Positions 10,346-17,940 of a stretch of DNA of 47,052 bases are shown here, piece after piece; position 1 is the first letter of the stretch; every line of letters begins with the position of its first letter. The stretch is taken from positions 1-47,052 of IMG/VR virus record IMGVR_UViG_3300032335_000913, one strand, 5' to 3'. Under the pieces are notes generated by a model. It made no database searches. It saw only the letters and a program-made list of their open reading frames with translations, and was not told the DNA's origin. Position numbers and translations under genes: made by a program. The stretch is from a virus (Duplodnaviria > Caudoviricetes).

Positions 10346-10981
10346 TTAAACGATTTCGTATCCTTGTAAAAAATATTTGTTTGCATTTTTGTATTTAATT
10401 TCAACCATTTCACCTTGTGGAGATTTCATTACAATTTTATCATTTCTACCATAATTCACTTTTTTGACAACTTGTGTGTTATAAACTCTATCTTTAATTG
10501 TAAATCCGTCTAAATGGTCTATTTCGTGCTGAACTATAACTGTCATCATTGTTTCTTTAGATACTGACTTATTTTGTTCATCACCTTCTGGATTAATTTC
10601 AAATGTTAATTCACCCAAATTATCAGTAGATACAACAACTTTAGAAGCTCTAATAGTTCTAATTGGAGACCTTAATGTTGATGGAATGGATAAACAACCT
10701 TCAAAGAATAAAAATCCTTCTTTTGACTTTTCTTTAATAATTGGATTTACTAAGAATAGTTCCTCATCACCAAGCTGAATTAAACAAGCTCTTTTTTTAA
10801 TTCCTATTTGTGTTGCAGAGATTCCTAATCCTGGGTGTTTTACCAAAGCTTCACTTAGTTGTTTTCTTAACTCATCTGCTTCTTGTTGAGTTATTTCTGA
10901 CTTTAATACAGGAGTTTTAAGATACTCCGTAAACTCTTTTGTTGTTAGGCCATTAGAACCTTTGTCTACTATTAATTTCAT
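10346..10981 (-). CDS. def: Peptide deformylase
   Basis: All three PDF motifs are present: GLGISATQIG, EGCLS, QHEIDHLDG. Confidence 0.95.
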   Translation of the reverse strand: MKLIVDKGSNGLTTKEFTEYLKTPVLKSEITQQEADELRKQLSEALVKHPGLGISATQIGIKKRACLIQLGDEELFLVNPIIKEKSKEGFLFFEGCLSIPSTLRSPIRTIRASKVVVSTDNLGELTFEINPEGDEQNKSVSKETMMTVIVQHEIDHLDGFTIKDRVYNTQVVKKVNYGRNDKIVMKSPQGEMVEIKYKNANKYFLQGYEIV

Positions 10982-10991
10982 TTTGTTATTT

Positions 10992-11324
10992 TTATATTAA
11001 ATGTCTTGTTAATATTGTTAATGATATCACTATCCATATTGTATTGAATACAATCAATGTAGGTAAATCCTTTCTCATTGATGCCCAAATTAACAATGAA
11101 GATGTAAGTAGTGTTAAGAAATGCATATACCATAATTCAATACCAAATATTAAACCTGGTACAATGATTATAGCTTTAGCCATCCATGCACAAAACTCAA
11201 TTACATTATAATCCGTCCAATAACTTATATCTTTGAACATAAGAATTCGTTTCCAAATTCGTTTAACTCCAATTCCTAAATACAAAGCCATTAGGAATAC
11301 AATATATGTTATTATGTATTTCAT
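10992..11324 (-). CDS. Small multi-pass membrane protein
   Basis: 110 aa with three to four hydrophobic segments. Confidence 0.7.
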   Translation of the reverse strand: MKYIITYIVFLMALYLGIGVKRIWKRILMFKDISYWTDYNVIEFCAWMAKAIIIVPGLIFGIELWYMHFLTLLTSSLLIWASMRKDLPTLIVFNTIWIVISLTILTRHLI

Positions 11325-11329
11325 TTATT

Positions 11330-11818
11330 TTAAATTATTGTTTTTTCTCCTTTTTGATTTTTACTATAAAATGAAATTAAACTAAATCTTTCATTTTTTG
11401 TTATTTTAAGAACTCTGTGTTTAAGTTTATCGTCCATAATTAAACTCATATTTCTTATTGGTTTAATTTTAAACAGATTTTTATTTTCAAAATATTCAAA
11501 TTCTCCTCCATCAAATGTGTCATTTATATAAGTTACAATTGTTAATTCAGATGAATCATTATGATATGTATCATTAATATTTGTTTCGGTGGTTACTTTA
11601 TTAATCCATAATCCAATTAAATCATATTCATCATCAATTAATTCTTTACATCTTTTTTGATATTCTAATAAATCGGTTTCAATATTTAGTGTTTTTCTAA
11701 TATAGAAACTATAATTTTGTTTGCTACTAATAATTTTTTTTTCTAGAAAATTTGCACAGGTTGAGTCTAAAAAAATTAGTTCTTCTTCTGATAATAAATT
11801 TTTATATGTACTTAACAT
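11330..11818 (-). CDS. 2OG-Fe(II) oxygenase (prolyl 4-hydroxylase-like)
   Basis: YHND...YINDTFDGGEF...HRV...ERFSLISF (HxD...H...R). Start moved to MLSTYK to avoid overlap. Confidence 0.85.
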   Translation of the reverse strand: MLSTYKNLLSEEELIFLDSTCANFLEKKIISSKQNYSFYIRKTLNIETDLLEYQKRCKELIDDEYDLIGLWINKVTTETNINDTYHNDSSELTIVTYINDTFDGGEFEYFENKNLFKIKPIRNMSLIMDDKLKHRVLKITKNERFSLISFYSKNQKGEKTII

Positions 11819-11820
11819 TT

Positions 11821-12030
11821 TTATTTTTTTAGACCGTATTTTATCCATTTATACCAAATTCTTTCGTGAAGATAATATTGAATGGGTTTATATACCAATT
11901 CTGCTACACCAAATGCTGCACCTACTTTAATATCACCACTTACCCACCACATTATACCAAATCCAATTAAAGTTGATACAATGCGATATGAAATGGTTTT
12001 GGCAATATGTCTTTTACGCTCTACTACCAT
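11821..12030 (-). CDS. DUF2061-like small membrane protein
   Basis: RHIAKTISYRIVST...YYLHERIWYK pattern. Start placed at MVVERK. Confidence 0.75.
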   Translation of the reverse strand: MVVERKRHIAKTISYRIVSTLIGFGIMWWVSGDIKVGAAFGVAELVYKPIQYYLHERIWYKWIKYGLKK

Positions 12031-12373
12031 CTTTCTCAATTTCACCTTTACGGATTTTAGTTCCACTAATTACTTCAATATTAGTAGGAGGTTCATGGTA
12101 TATAACATCATATCCAACACCTCTACCATAATTTACACTTTCAATATCTGGAATAATTGATAACATTATTTTATCCCAATTATTTGTAAAAAATGGTTCT
12201 TTTTGTAATTCTTGTAATACTTCTTGTGCTGATTTTGGATTATTTTCATCCTGTTGTACATCTCTAATTGCAACCCAACAATTCTTTCCTTTTTCTAATT
12301 GTTGATTAATTAACCACTCATGTCCTTTGTGCCATGTTTGCCATCTTCCGATGAATAATGCATATTTTTTCAT
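12014..12373 (-). CDS. Cytidyltransferase-like (HIGH superfamily) nucleotidyltransferase
   Basis: FIGRWQTWHKGH (HxGH) and C-terminal ISGTKIR. Confidence 0.85.
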   Translation of the reverse strand: MKKYALFIGRWQTWHKGHEWLINQQLEKGKNCWVAIRDVQQDENNPKSAQEVLQELQKEPFFTNNWDKIMLSIIPDIESVNYGRGVGYDVIYHEPPTNIEVISGTKIRKGEIEKDGSRA

Positions 12374-12392
12374 AAATTATAATTTCGTATTT

Positions 12393-12424
12393 CTAATATA
12401 CGAAAATAATTCTAATTTACCAAA
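12393..12424 (-). promoter_or_regulatory. Bacteroidota-type (-33/-7) promoter-like motif
   Basis: Minus strand reads TTTG-GTAAATTAGAATTATTTTCG-TATATTAG (20-nt spacer). The motif recurs about 8 times upstream of genes. Confidence 0.7.
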
Positions 12425-12426
12425 TA

Positions 12427-13518
12427 TTAATAAGTTTTAATATTTTCATCTTCACTTCTTAGTCTAGATAACTCTCTAACATTGCCACCCTTAGTTGATA
12501 ACCAATAATTAACGGCCTTTGGGTTATTTATCCATAAATTTCTTTTATTCCAAGGAAATTCTGGATGCATATACTCTTCCCATTTTAAATCTGGAAGTAT
12601 TTCTTCTACATTTTCAGAAGTAGGTGTATCATCAACCACAACATCAGTAGATTCAACATTTGTATCTTCTTCTTTTTTGTTAGTCTCATTTTTTTCGTTT
12701 TCGTTAACAATATTATCTCCGTAAACCTCATATAAACCCAATTTTTCATCATTTTCCATCATTTCAACTAAAATTTCTTTTTGTTTTTGTTTTTTATTCG
12801 AAATTAACCCGTTGAATGCGATAATAAGTGCGACTGCCAATGGGTCAAACACTATTACAATCAAAAATATGAAGAATTTTACAACATTTTTCAATTCCAT
12901 ACCAAATGCTTCGGCAATAAATCGAAATCCACCCACTTCTTTTTCTAAATCTAAGTTTGAAGTCTTAATTTCGTTGATTTTTTCGTTATTTTTAGCGTTT
13001 TCAGTTTGTAAAACCTCAATTTTTTTGTTAATTTGAGCAGTTTGTCTATCTTTTTGGTCAATTGAACGTAAAAGACGAGAATTTACCTTGCCTTTGTCTA
13101 AAATTGTGTTTTGTGTTGAGGATAACTGACCTAATTGAGTGTTTAATTGAGTAATTTGTGCAGTATTTTGGTCAATTTTTGTAGTATAGACTAAAACCTC
13201 TCTATCTACCTGTTGCAATTTTAAGGACTGAGATTGGAATGCATTAGAAAGATATCCAAATATACCCGCAGAGGTGATTAACATCAGTAATGCAACTGCA
13301 GAGGTCAAATACCACTTATTAAATCCCTTAATGTTTTCCCACTCTTGTTTAAGATAAGTTGCTGCAACTAACTTTGCAAACTCTAATGCACCCGCCATTA
13401 CCATAACTGATACGGCTGCTCCACTAAATAGAACACCCAAACCTGTTATGGAGAAGTAAGCTGCACATCCGGCAATAATTAGTGCAGAAAATCCGACTAA
13501 ATATTTAAGCCAATTCAT
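12427..13518 (-). CDS. Membrane protein with coiled-coil domain
   Basis: Three N-terminal TM helices, a coiled coil, then TM IVIVFDPLAVALIIA. Confidence 0.75.
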   Translation of the reverse strand: MNWLKYLVGFSALIIAGCAAYFSITGLGVLFSGAAVSVMVMAGALEFAKLVAATYLKQEWENIKGFNKWYLTSAVALLMLITSAGIFGYLSNAFQSQSLKLQQVDREVLVYTTKIDQNTAQITQLNTQLGQLSSTQNTILDKGKVNSRLLRSIDQKDRQTAQINKKIEVLQTENAKNNEKINEIKTSNLDLEKEVGGFRFIAEAFGMELKNVVKFFIFLIVIVFDPLAVALIIAFNGLISNKKQKQKEILVEMMENDEKLGLYEVYGDNIVNENEKNETNKKEEDTNVESTDVVVDDTPTSENVEEILPDLKWEEYMHPEFPWNKRNLWINNPKAVNYWLSTKGGNVRELSRLRSEDENIKTY

Positions 13519-13695
13519 TTATCGATTGATTCTGGTTAATTCGGCAACTCTCTCTACTATCTTTCTCGCGTCTTCTAAAGTAGTGTGAGCAACCGATGGT
13601 GTCATTGATTGTGCACCAGTAATTCCGTTTTGTAAAATCCTTAACTTTCCGTCTAAAGATTCTAATAACGTTTGTATTTTTTCGTTGTATATCAT
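13519..13695 (-). CDS. Small hypothetical protein (58 aa, not in ORF track)
   Basis: Read manually: MIYNEKIQTLLESLDGKLRIL...ELTRINR. ATATTTAT motif just upstream; stop abuts the next start. Confidence 0.65.
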   Translation of the reverse strand: MIYNEKIQTLLESLDGKLRILQNGITGAQSMTPSVAHTTLEDARKIVERVAELTRINR

Positions 13696-13718
13696 AGTAA
13701 TAAATATTTGTTTATAAT

Positions 13719-13752
13719 AAAAAAGGTAGAAGTGTCTAATCTCCTACCTTTT
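13719..13752. terminator. Intrinsic terminator hairpin (possibly bidirectional)
   Basis: AAAAAAGGTAG...CTACCTTTT inverted repeat with A/T tails, downstream of hsp20. Confidence 0.65.
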
Positions 13753-13784
13753 CAATATACGAAAAATAACTGAATTAACCTAAT
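13753..13784 (-). promoter_or_regulatory. Bacteroidota-type promoter-like motif (degenerate -33)
   Basis: Minus strand reads TTAGGTTAATTCAGTTATTTTTCGTATATTG. Confidence 0.5.
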
Positions 13785-14155
13785 TTTGGGGTTAATTTTT
13801 TTGGTTTGGACTCTTCTTTTCTTTCAATAGTAATTAAGAGAATACCATTTTTAATTTCAGCTTTTGCCTTTCTACCATCGAAGTTTTTACCTACGGTAAC
13901 TCTTTCTTCAATGTCTGAAATTAATTGATTGAAAGGATTTTCTTTGTCCTCTTGTGTTTTTTTGGCTTTAATTTCAATCTTATCCTCAAAGCAATTGATT
14001 TCAATATCTTTCGGGTCATGACCTAATACCGATAATGCAATTGATGCAGTTTCATCTTTAATGTCTACTGCGAATTTGTTTTGAACATAAGTTGTTCTTT
14101 CTTTTGGTTGTGTAAAAAATTCATCGAATAATTTACCATAGTCAATAATGTACAT
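13775..14155 (-). CDS. Small heat-shock protein (Hsp20/alpha-crystallin)
   Basis: VLGHDPKDIEI...AKAEIKNGILLITI...PKKL alpha-crystallin pattern. Confidence 0.88.
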   Translation of the reverse strand: MYIIDYGKLFDEFFTQPKERTTYVQNKFAVDIKDETASIALSVLGHDPKDIEINCFEDKIEIKAKKTQEDKENPFNQLISDIEERVTVGKNFDGRKAKAEIKNGILLITIERKEESKPKKLTPKLG

Positions 14156-14231
14156 AATATAAATGTTTTAGTTAATAATATTGTATATAGTCCAAATACT
14201 ATACCAATGGACTACTTTTGACATTTTGACA

Positions 14232-14873
14232 CTAAATTTCGTTATTTTGTCTTTCGATTACAGTAGACATCCAATCTGCCCAATGGAGGATATATTGAAT
14301 TTTATATTTTGGAGCTTTTGCACCATTGTGACCAGTTAAGTATTTTTGATTATCTTCATCAAACATACCATCAGTTAATTTAATACCAAAGTATTCTTTC
14401 TCATTATAACTTATACCATATTGATTTAAAGTAAAGAAAGTTCTATCGGTTAAAGTCATATAAGTAATCTTATCATTTGATTTGAATAACTTACCTTGAT
14501 TTTTAATTTGCCAATCATTGTCATTTGGAATATAATGTAATTCACCCTTAATACCCAATTTTCCTAAATCGTGATGTAATGCACAAAATATCAATTCTTC
14601 ATCTGTAAAATCCACGATACCACCCTGTGCAATAAATAATTCTTTCATCTTCATAGAATTCTTACATACATTAAAGATGTGGTCTATATATCCACCAATA
14701 TGTGCATTATGATAGTGTTTTGAGCCGGATGCAGGAGATACTGCCAAATTACTACCCAACTCTTCTTCCGAATACATATGGAGTAATTTTTCCAATCTTT
14801 CACCTGTAAAATACTTTTTGATAATTCCGATAAATCTATCGTAGTTTGTTTCTAATTCTTGTTGTGTTTTCAT
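14232..14873 (-). CDS. HD-domain phosphohydrolase
   Basis: PAS...HNAHIGGYIDH, ALHHDLGK and LHWADW motifs. Confidence 0.88.
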   Translation of the reverse strand: MKTQQELETNYDRFIGIIKKYFTGERLEKLLHMYSEEELGSNLAVSPASGSKHYHNAHIGGYIDHIFNVCKNSMKMKELFIAQGGIVDFTDEELIFCALHHDLGKLGIKGELHYIPNDNDWQIKNQGKLFKSNDKITYMTLTDRTFFTLNQYGISYNEKEYFGIKLTDGMFDEDNQKYLTGHNGAKAPKYKIQYILHWADWMSTVIERQNNEI

Positions 14874-14901
14874 AATTTAGAGTTTAATCATTTATAATAC
14901 T

Positions 14902-14933
14902 CTAATATACGAAAAATAATTGATATTACCAAA
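14902..14933 (-). promoter_or_regulatory. Bacteroidota-type promoter-like motif
   Basis: Minus strand reads TTTGGTAATATCAATTATTTTTCGTATATTAG, upstream of the HD gene. Confidence 0.7.
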
Positions 14934-14934
14934 T

Positions 14935-15999
14935 TTAAATTATTGTTTTCTTAATATCTAATAATTCGTACATATTGTGAAAAACATATGGATTTGTTGC
15001 AACTTTTTCAAATTGTTTTAAAAATAAACTATGTTCTGGATGTGTAACATCTCCTACATCAATTAATTTAAATTGACCATCATTAAATGTTCCCCAATTT
15101 GTTATTCTACCAAAAAATACTTTAGTTTTATTTTCGAATATGGAATACATTATATTTAAAAATGTTTCCATTTCATTATAATTTGAATCTTGAACTACAA
15201 AAGAACATTTAACACTTTGTAAACTTTTTATGGTTGATATAAAATTTAAATTTGATATTAAGTTATCCCACTTCCCTCCCAATCTAGTTTTATTTTCATA
15301 TGTATCTTTGGTACCTGCATCTATACTAATTTCACAAGTTTTAACATATTTGTGAATATTTGGCATAGAATCCCACATTTCTTTATTCCACATCGATGCA
15401 TTTGTATGTAAATGTATCGATTTTAATTTTGGATATTTTTTAGGATTAAAATTTCTTAAATAATTTCTAAAACCAACCGAAACAAATGGGTCTCCTGAAC
15501 CGGTTATGTATAGGGTTTTTACATTTGCAGAATAATAAGTATCAATTTCTTCTATTGTTTTTTCAACACGTTTAATACCTTGGCTATTTTCAACAATTAA
15601 GTCTACTCTACATGATGGACATTTATAATTACAAGTTCTATCAAATGACATTTGAATTATTTTTGGGCCATCCTCAATCACACCACTTTGTTCATTATAA
15701 TATATTTTCATTTTATCATTCAAATCATTGATATGAATTATTGGGCCGTTTGTGGGTGTTTTTAATGATACTAACCTAGATAAAAATGGACATTTTGTTT
15801 TACTACAATAACGATACGAACCATCCATTACAGATTTTCGTATTTCGATAGCTTCATCCGAATTCCATAAATCTTGTATAGGAATTCCGTTTGGTAATTC
15901 TTTAGATAACCAACTTGCACAACACATATAGTTTTTATTTTGCATTATTTCTAATGCCTCAAATGGAACAGTGCAAACATATTGTTTTAAATCTACCAT
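14935..15999 (-). CDS. Radical SAM protein with N-terminal SPASM/twitch-like Cys cluster
   Basis: CNYKCPSC (CxxxCxxC), ITGSGDPF, TNA and ISIDAG motifs. N-terminal C..PF/CC/LWNS..IRKS/C..KC. Start placed at MVDLKQ. Confidence 0.88.
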   Translation of the reverse strand: MVDLKQYVCTVPFEALEIMQNKNYMCCASWLSKELPNGIPIQDLWNSDEAIEIRKSVMDGSYRYCSKTKCPFLSRLVSLKTPTNGPIIHINDLNDKMKIYYNEQSGVIEDGPKIIQMSFDRTCNYKCPSCRVDLIVENSQGIKRVEKTIEEIDTYYSANVKTLYITGSGDPFVSVGFRNYLRNFNPKKYPKLKSIHLHTNASMWNKEMWDSMPNIHKYVKTCEISIDAGTKDTYENKTRLGGKWDNLISNLNFISTIKSLQSVKCSFVVQDSNYNEMETFLNIMYSIFENKTKVFFGRITNWGTFNDGQFKLIDVGDVTHPEHSLFLKQFEKVATNPYVFHNMYELLDIKKTII

Positions 16000-16019
16000 T
16001 ATATCAACCCGTTTACTTT

Positions 16020-16538
16020 TTATATTAGTGTAAATTTGGATTGTTTTTTTGAAAACCAAACAATCAAAACATCCCTTTCACCTGCAGTTATTTCTTTAAC
16101 CTCATGAAAATCGTTTCCACCATTAAATGAAATATAATCTCCCAACTCATTCAAAGAGACAATTTCATCATTTATGTACATATCACCACCTTCAAATTTA
16201 TTGGATAATATTATACTAACGGTTTTGTGTGTTGTAAATCTATCTTTATGTTTTTTAGCAAAATCTCCAACACTATAAATTAACCTATGCATCATATATA
16301 AATTTTGAAGAGGTTCATTGAATTTATTACAAATAAACGTATTAAGTTTGTTATTATTTAATTTTAACACCAAACATTTATTTGTATATAATGAAACTTC
16401 TTCCGTTCTAAGATTTTGTATGGCATTATATAGTTGTCGATGTGCTGATTTTATATACTTCATATCTTCCTCAATCATAACATCAGTTTTTTTTAATTCT
16501 GAAATTAGATATTGAAATTCATTTTCATTTAGTCTCAT
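16020..16538 (-). CDS. 2OG-Fe(II) oxygenase
   Basis: KHKD...LSNKFEGG...HEV..ITAGERDVLIVW. Confidence 0.87.
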   Translation of the reverse strand: MRLNENEFQYLISELKKTDVMIEEDMKYIKSAHRQLYNAIQNLRTEEVSLYTNKCLVLKLNNNKLNTFICNKFNEPLQNLYMMHRLIYSVGDFAKKHKDRFTTHKTVSIILSNKFEGGDMYINDEIVSLNELGDYISFNGGNDFHEVKEITAGERDVLIVWFSKKQSKFTLI

Positions 16539-16612
16539 ATTAAACTTTTTTTATTTTTTAATGGTTTGTATTTAAAATCGGTATTAGTGAATAATACAAA
16601 TCTATCATCATA
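16535..16612 (-). pseudogene. Probable 3' remnant of a lost oxygenase gene
   Basis: The intergenic frame reads YDDRFVLFTNTDFKYKPLKNKKSLI-stop, resembling the end of the 20558-21196 protein (DRIVIASNIGFDFIKKEKTLL). Confidence 0.5.
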
Positions 16613-17105
16613 ATAACTTATTATCAAATTCATTTCTATTACCTTTTCTTAATCTATTACTGTGGGTAGGGTCATATATATCTTCGTAATATGTAATTGG
16701 TATATTAAGTTTAGTTGATAATTCCTTTAAATCTTCATTCCATTTTATAATATTATTGTAACACAATTCAAATATATGAGTAGGAGTATCTTCGTAATAA
16801 TATTGTTTATTTGAATTGTAATTTTTTGTTCTTGAGAAATAAGTTGAATATGAATGTGATTGTGCATTTTCTAAAACATTTTTTCTTGATAACAATATAA
16901 CACTATCAAATTCTTTACTTAATTCAAAATTATTTGGGTGGTGACATATTATCGTTTTAACAACTACATTTTTTTCACCATTATAATTAAATCTACCTGT
17001 GTTATCAAATGGTTCATATAATGGTAGAAACCCATTTTCTTTTGCCAATTTATATAACAAAGATGTTGAACCTGTTCTTGGTAATGCAATGATTAAAATA
17101 CTCAT
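16608..17105 (-). CDS. Sulfotransferase-like protein
   Basis: 5'-PSB-loop-like ALPRTGSTSL, EPF, and LSRKN...S 3'-PB-like segment. Confidence 0.7.
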   Translation of the reverse strand: MSILIIALPRTGSTSLLYKLAKENGFLPLYEPFDNTGRFNYNGEKNVVVKTIICHHPNNFELSKEFDSVILLSRKNVLENAQSHSYSTYFSRTKNYNSNKQYYYEDTPTHIFELCYNNIIKWNEDLKELSTKLNIPITYYEDIYDPTHSNRLRKGNRNEFDNKLL

Positions 17106-17674
17106 ATCAACGTACTATTACTTTTACTTTCTGGAAAAGTATAATTGGTTTCTGTCATCCAAACATTCAATGCATATCGTATTCCATTTGTAACCGGTAA
17201 AACACCATGAAGTGTTTTAGTACCATTAAAAGATATCATATCACCAAGTTTTAAGTTAAATGTTGATATTCCTTCCATATTTTTGAAATGAAAGTCAGGG
17301 TTTGCCATATCACTTAATGCAAATTCTCCACCATCATATCCATCCGATAATACAATTACCGATGTTATCTCACTTGATTTATCTTTATGTAAATTAAGAT
17401 ACCTACCATTGTAGTATGATGTTAAACTAATATTAAAATTTTTTAAATTAAATTCGTTATAATCAAACCATAACTTATATTCTCCACTTTTATAATTATC
17501 AATTAATTTAGATAATATTTTTGTTTTGAATTCACTATCATTTATACGTTTACAATCCCAAGATGCCATTTCATCTGGATAATATGCGAATTGGAAACCA
17601 TTTTGAATAATAAATTGAATAATATCATTACATTCGGTTTGAGTAAACACATTATTATTTATAGTATAGTTCAT
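17102..17674 (-). CDS. 2OG-Fe(II) oxygenase
   Basis: LHKD...LSDGYDGGEF...HGVLPVTNGIRYALNVW. Confidence 0.9.
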   Translation of the reverse strand: MNYTINNNVFTQTECNDIIQFIIQNGFQFAYYPDEMASWDCKRINDSEFKTKILSKLIDNYKSGEYKLWFDYNEFNLKNFNISLTSYYNGRYLNLHKDKSSEITSVIVLSDGYDGGEFALSDMANPDFHFKNMEGISTFNLKLGDMISFNGTKTLHGVLPVTNGIRYALNVWMTETNYTFPESKSNSTLI

Positions 17675-17777
17675 ATTATATACGAATTGTTTATATTATT
17701 ATATGTTAATAAATTAACATCATTTACAAATTTATATAATTCGTAGATAAATCTAAATAACTACATAATCTATAATA

Positions 17778-17915
17778 TTAAAGATGCTTTTCTTTAATCT
17801 TACTTACTACTGCTTGAAATGCAGTTGCAATTTTAACTTTTAAATCAATAGATAAAGGTGCAATAACTGACTTAATTGTTTGTTCCGGTCTTTCTATTCT
17901 TTTATTTACTGCCAT
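17778..17915 (-). CDS. Small 45-aa amphipathic protein (not in ORF track)
   Basis: Read manually: MAVNKRIERPEQTIKSVIAPLSIDLKVKIATAFQAVVSKIKEKHL. A-rich leader; immediately downstream of the Hint-peptide gene. Confidence 0.65.
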   Translation of the reverse strand: MAVNKRIERPEQTIKSVIAPLSIDLKVKIATAFQAVVSKIKEKHL

Positions 17916-17940
17916 AATATTTTAATTTTAATTTTTTAAT

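Noticed and set aside
17675-17777. Another gene remnant (frame FIYELYKFVNDVNLLTYNNINNSYII-stop)
   Set aside because: No start and no resemblance to any gene in the window. It could be chance in very AT-rich DNA.
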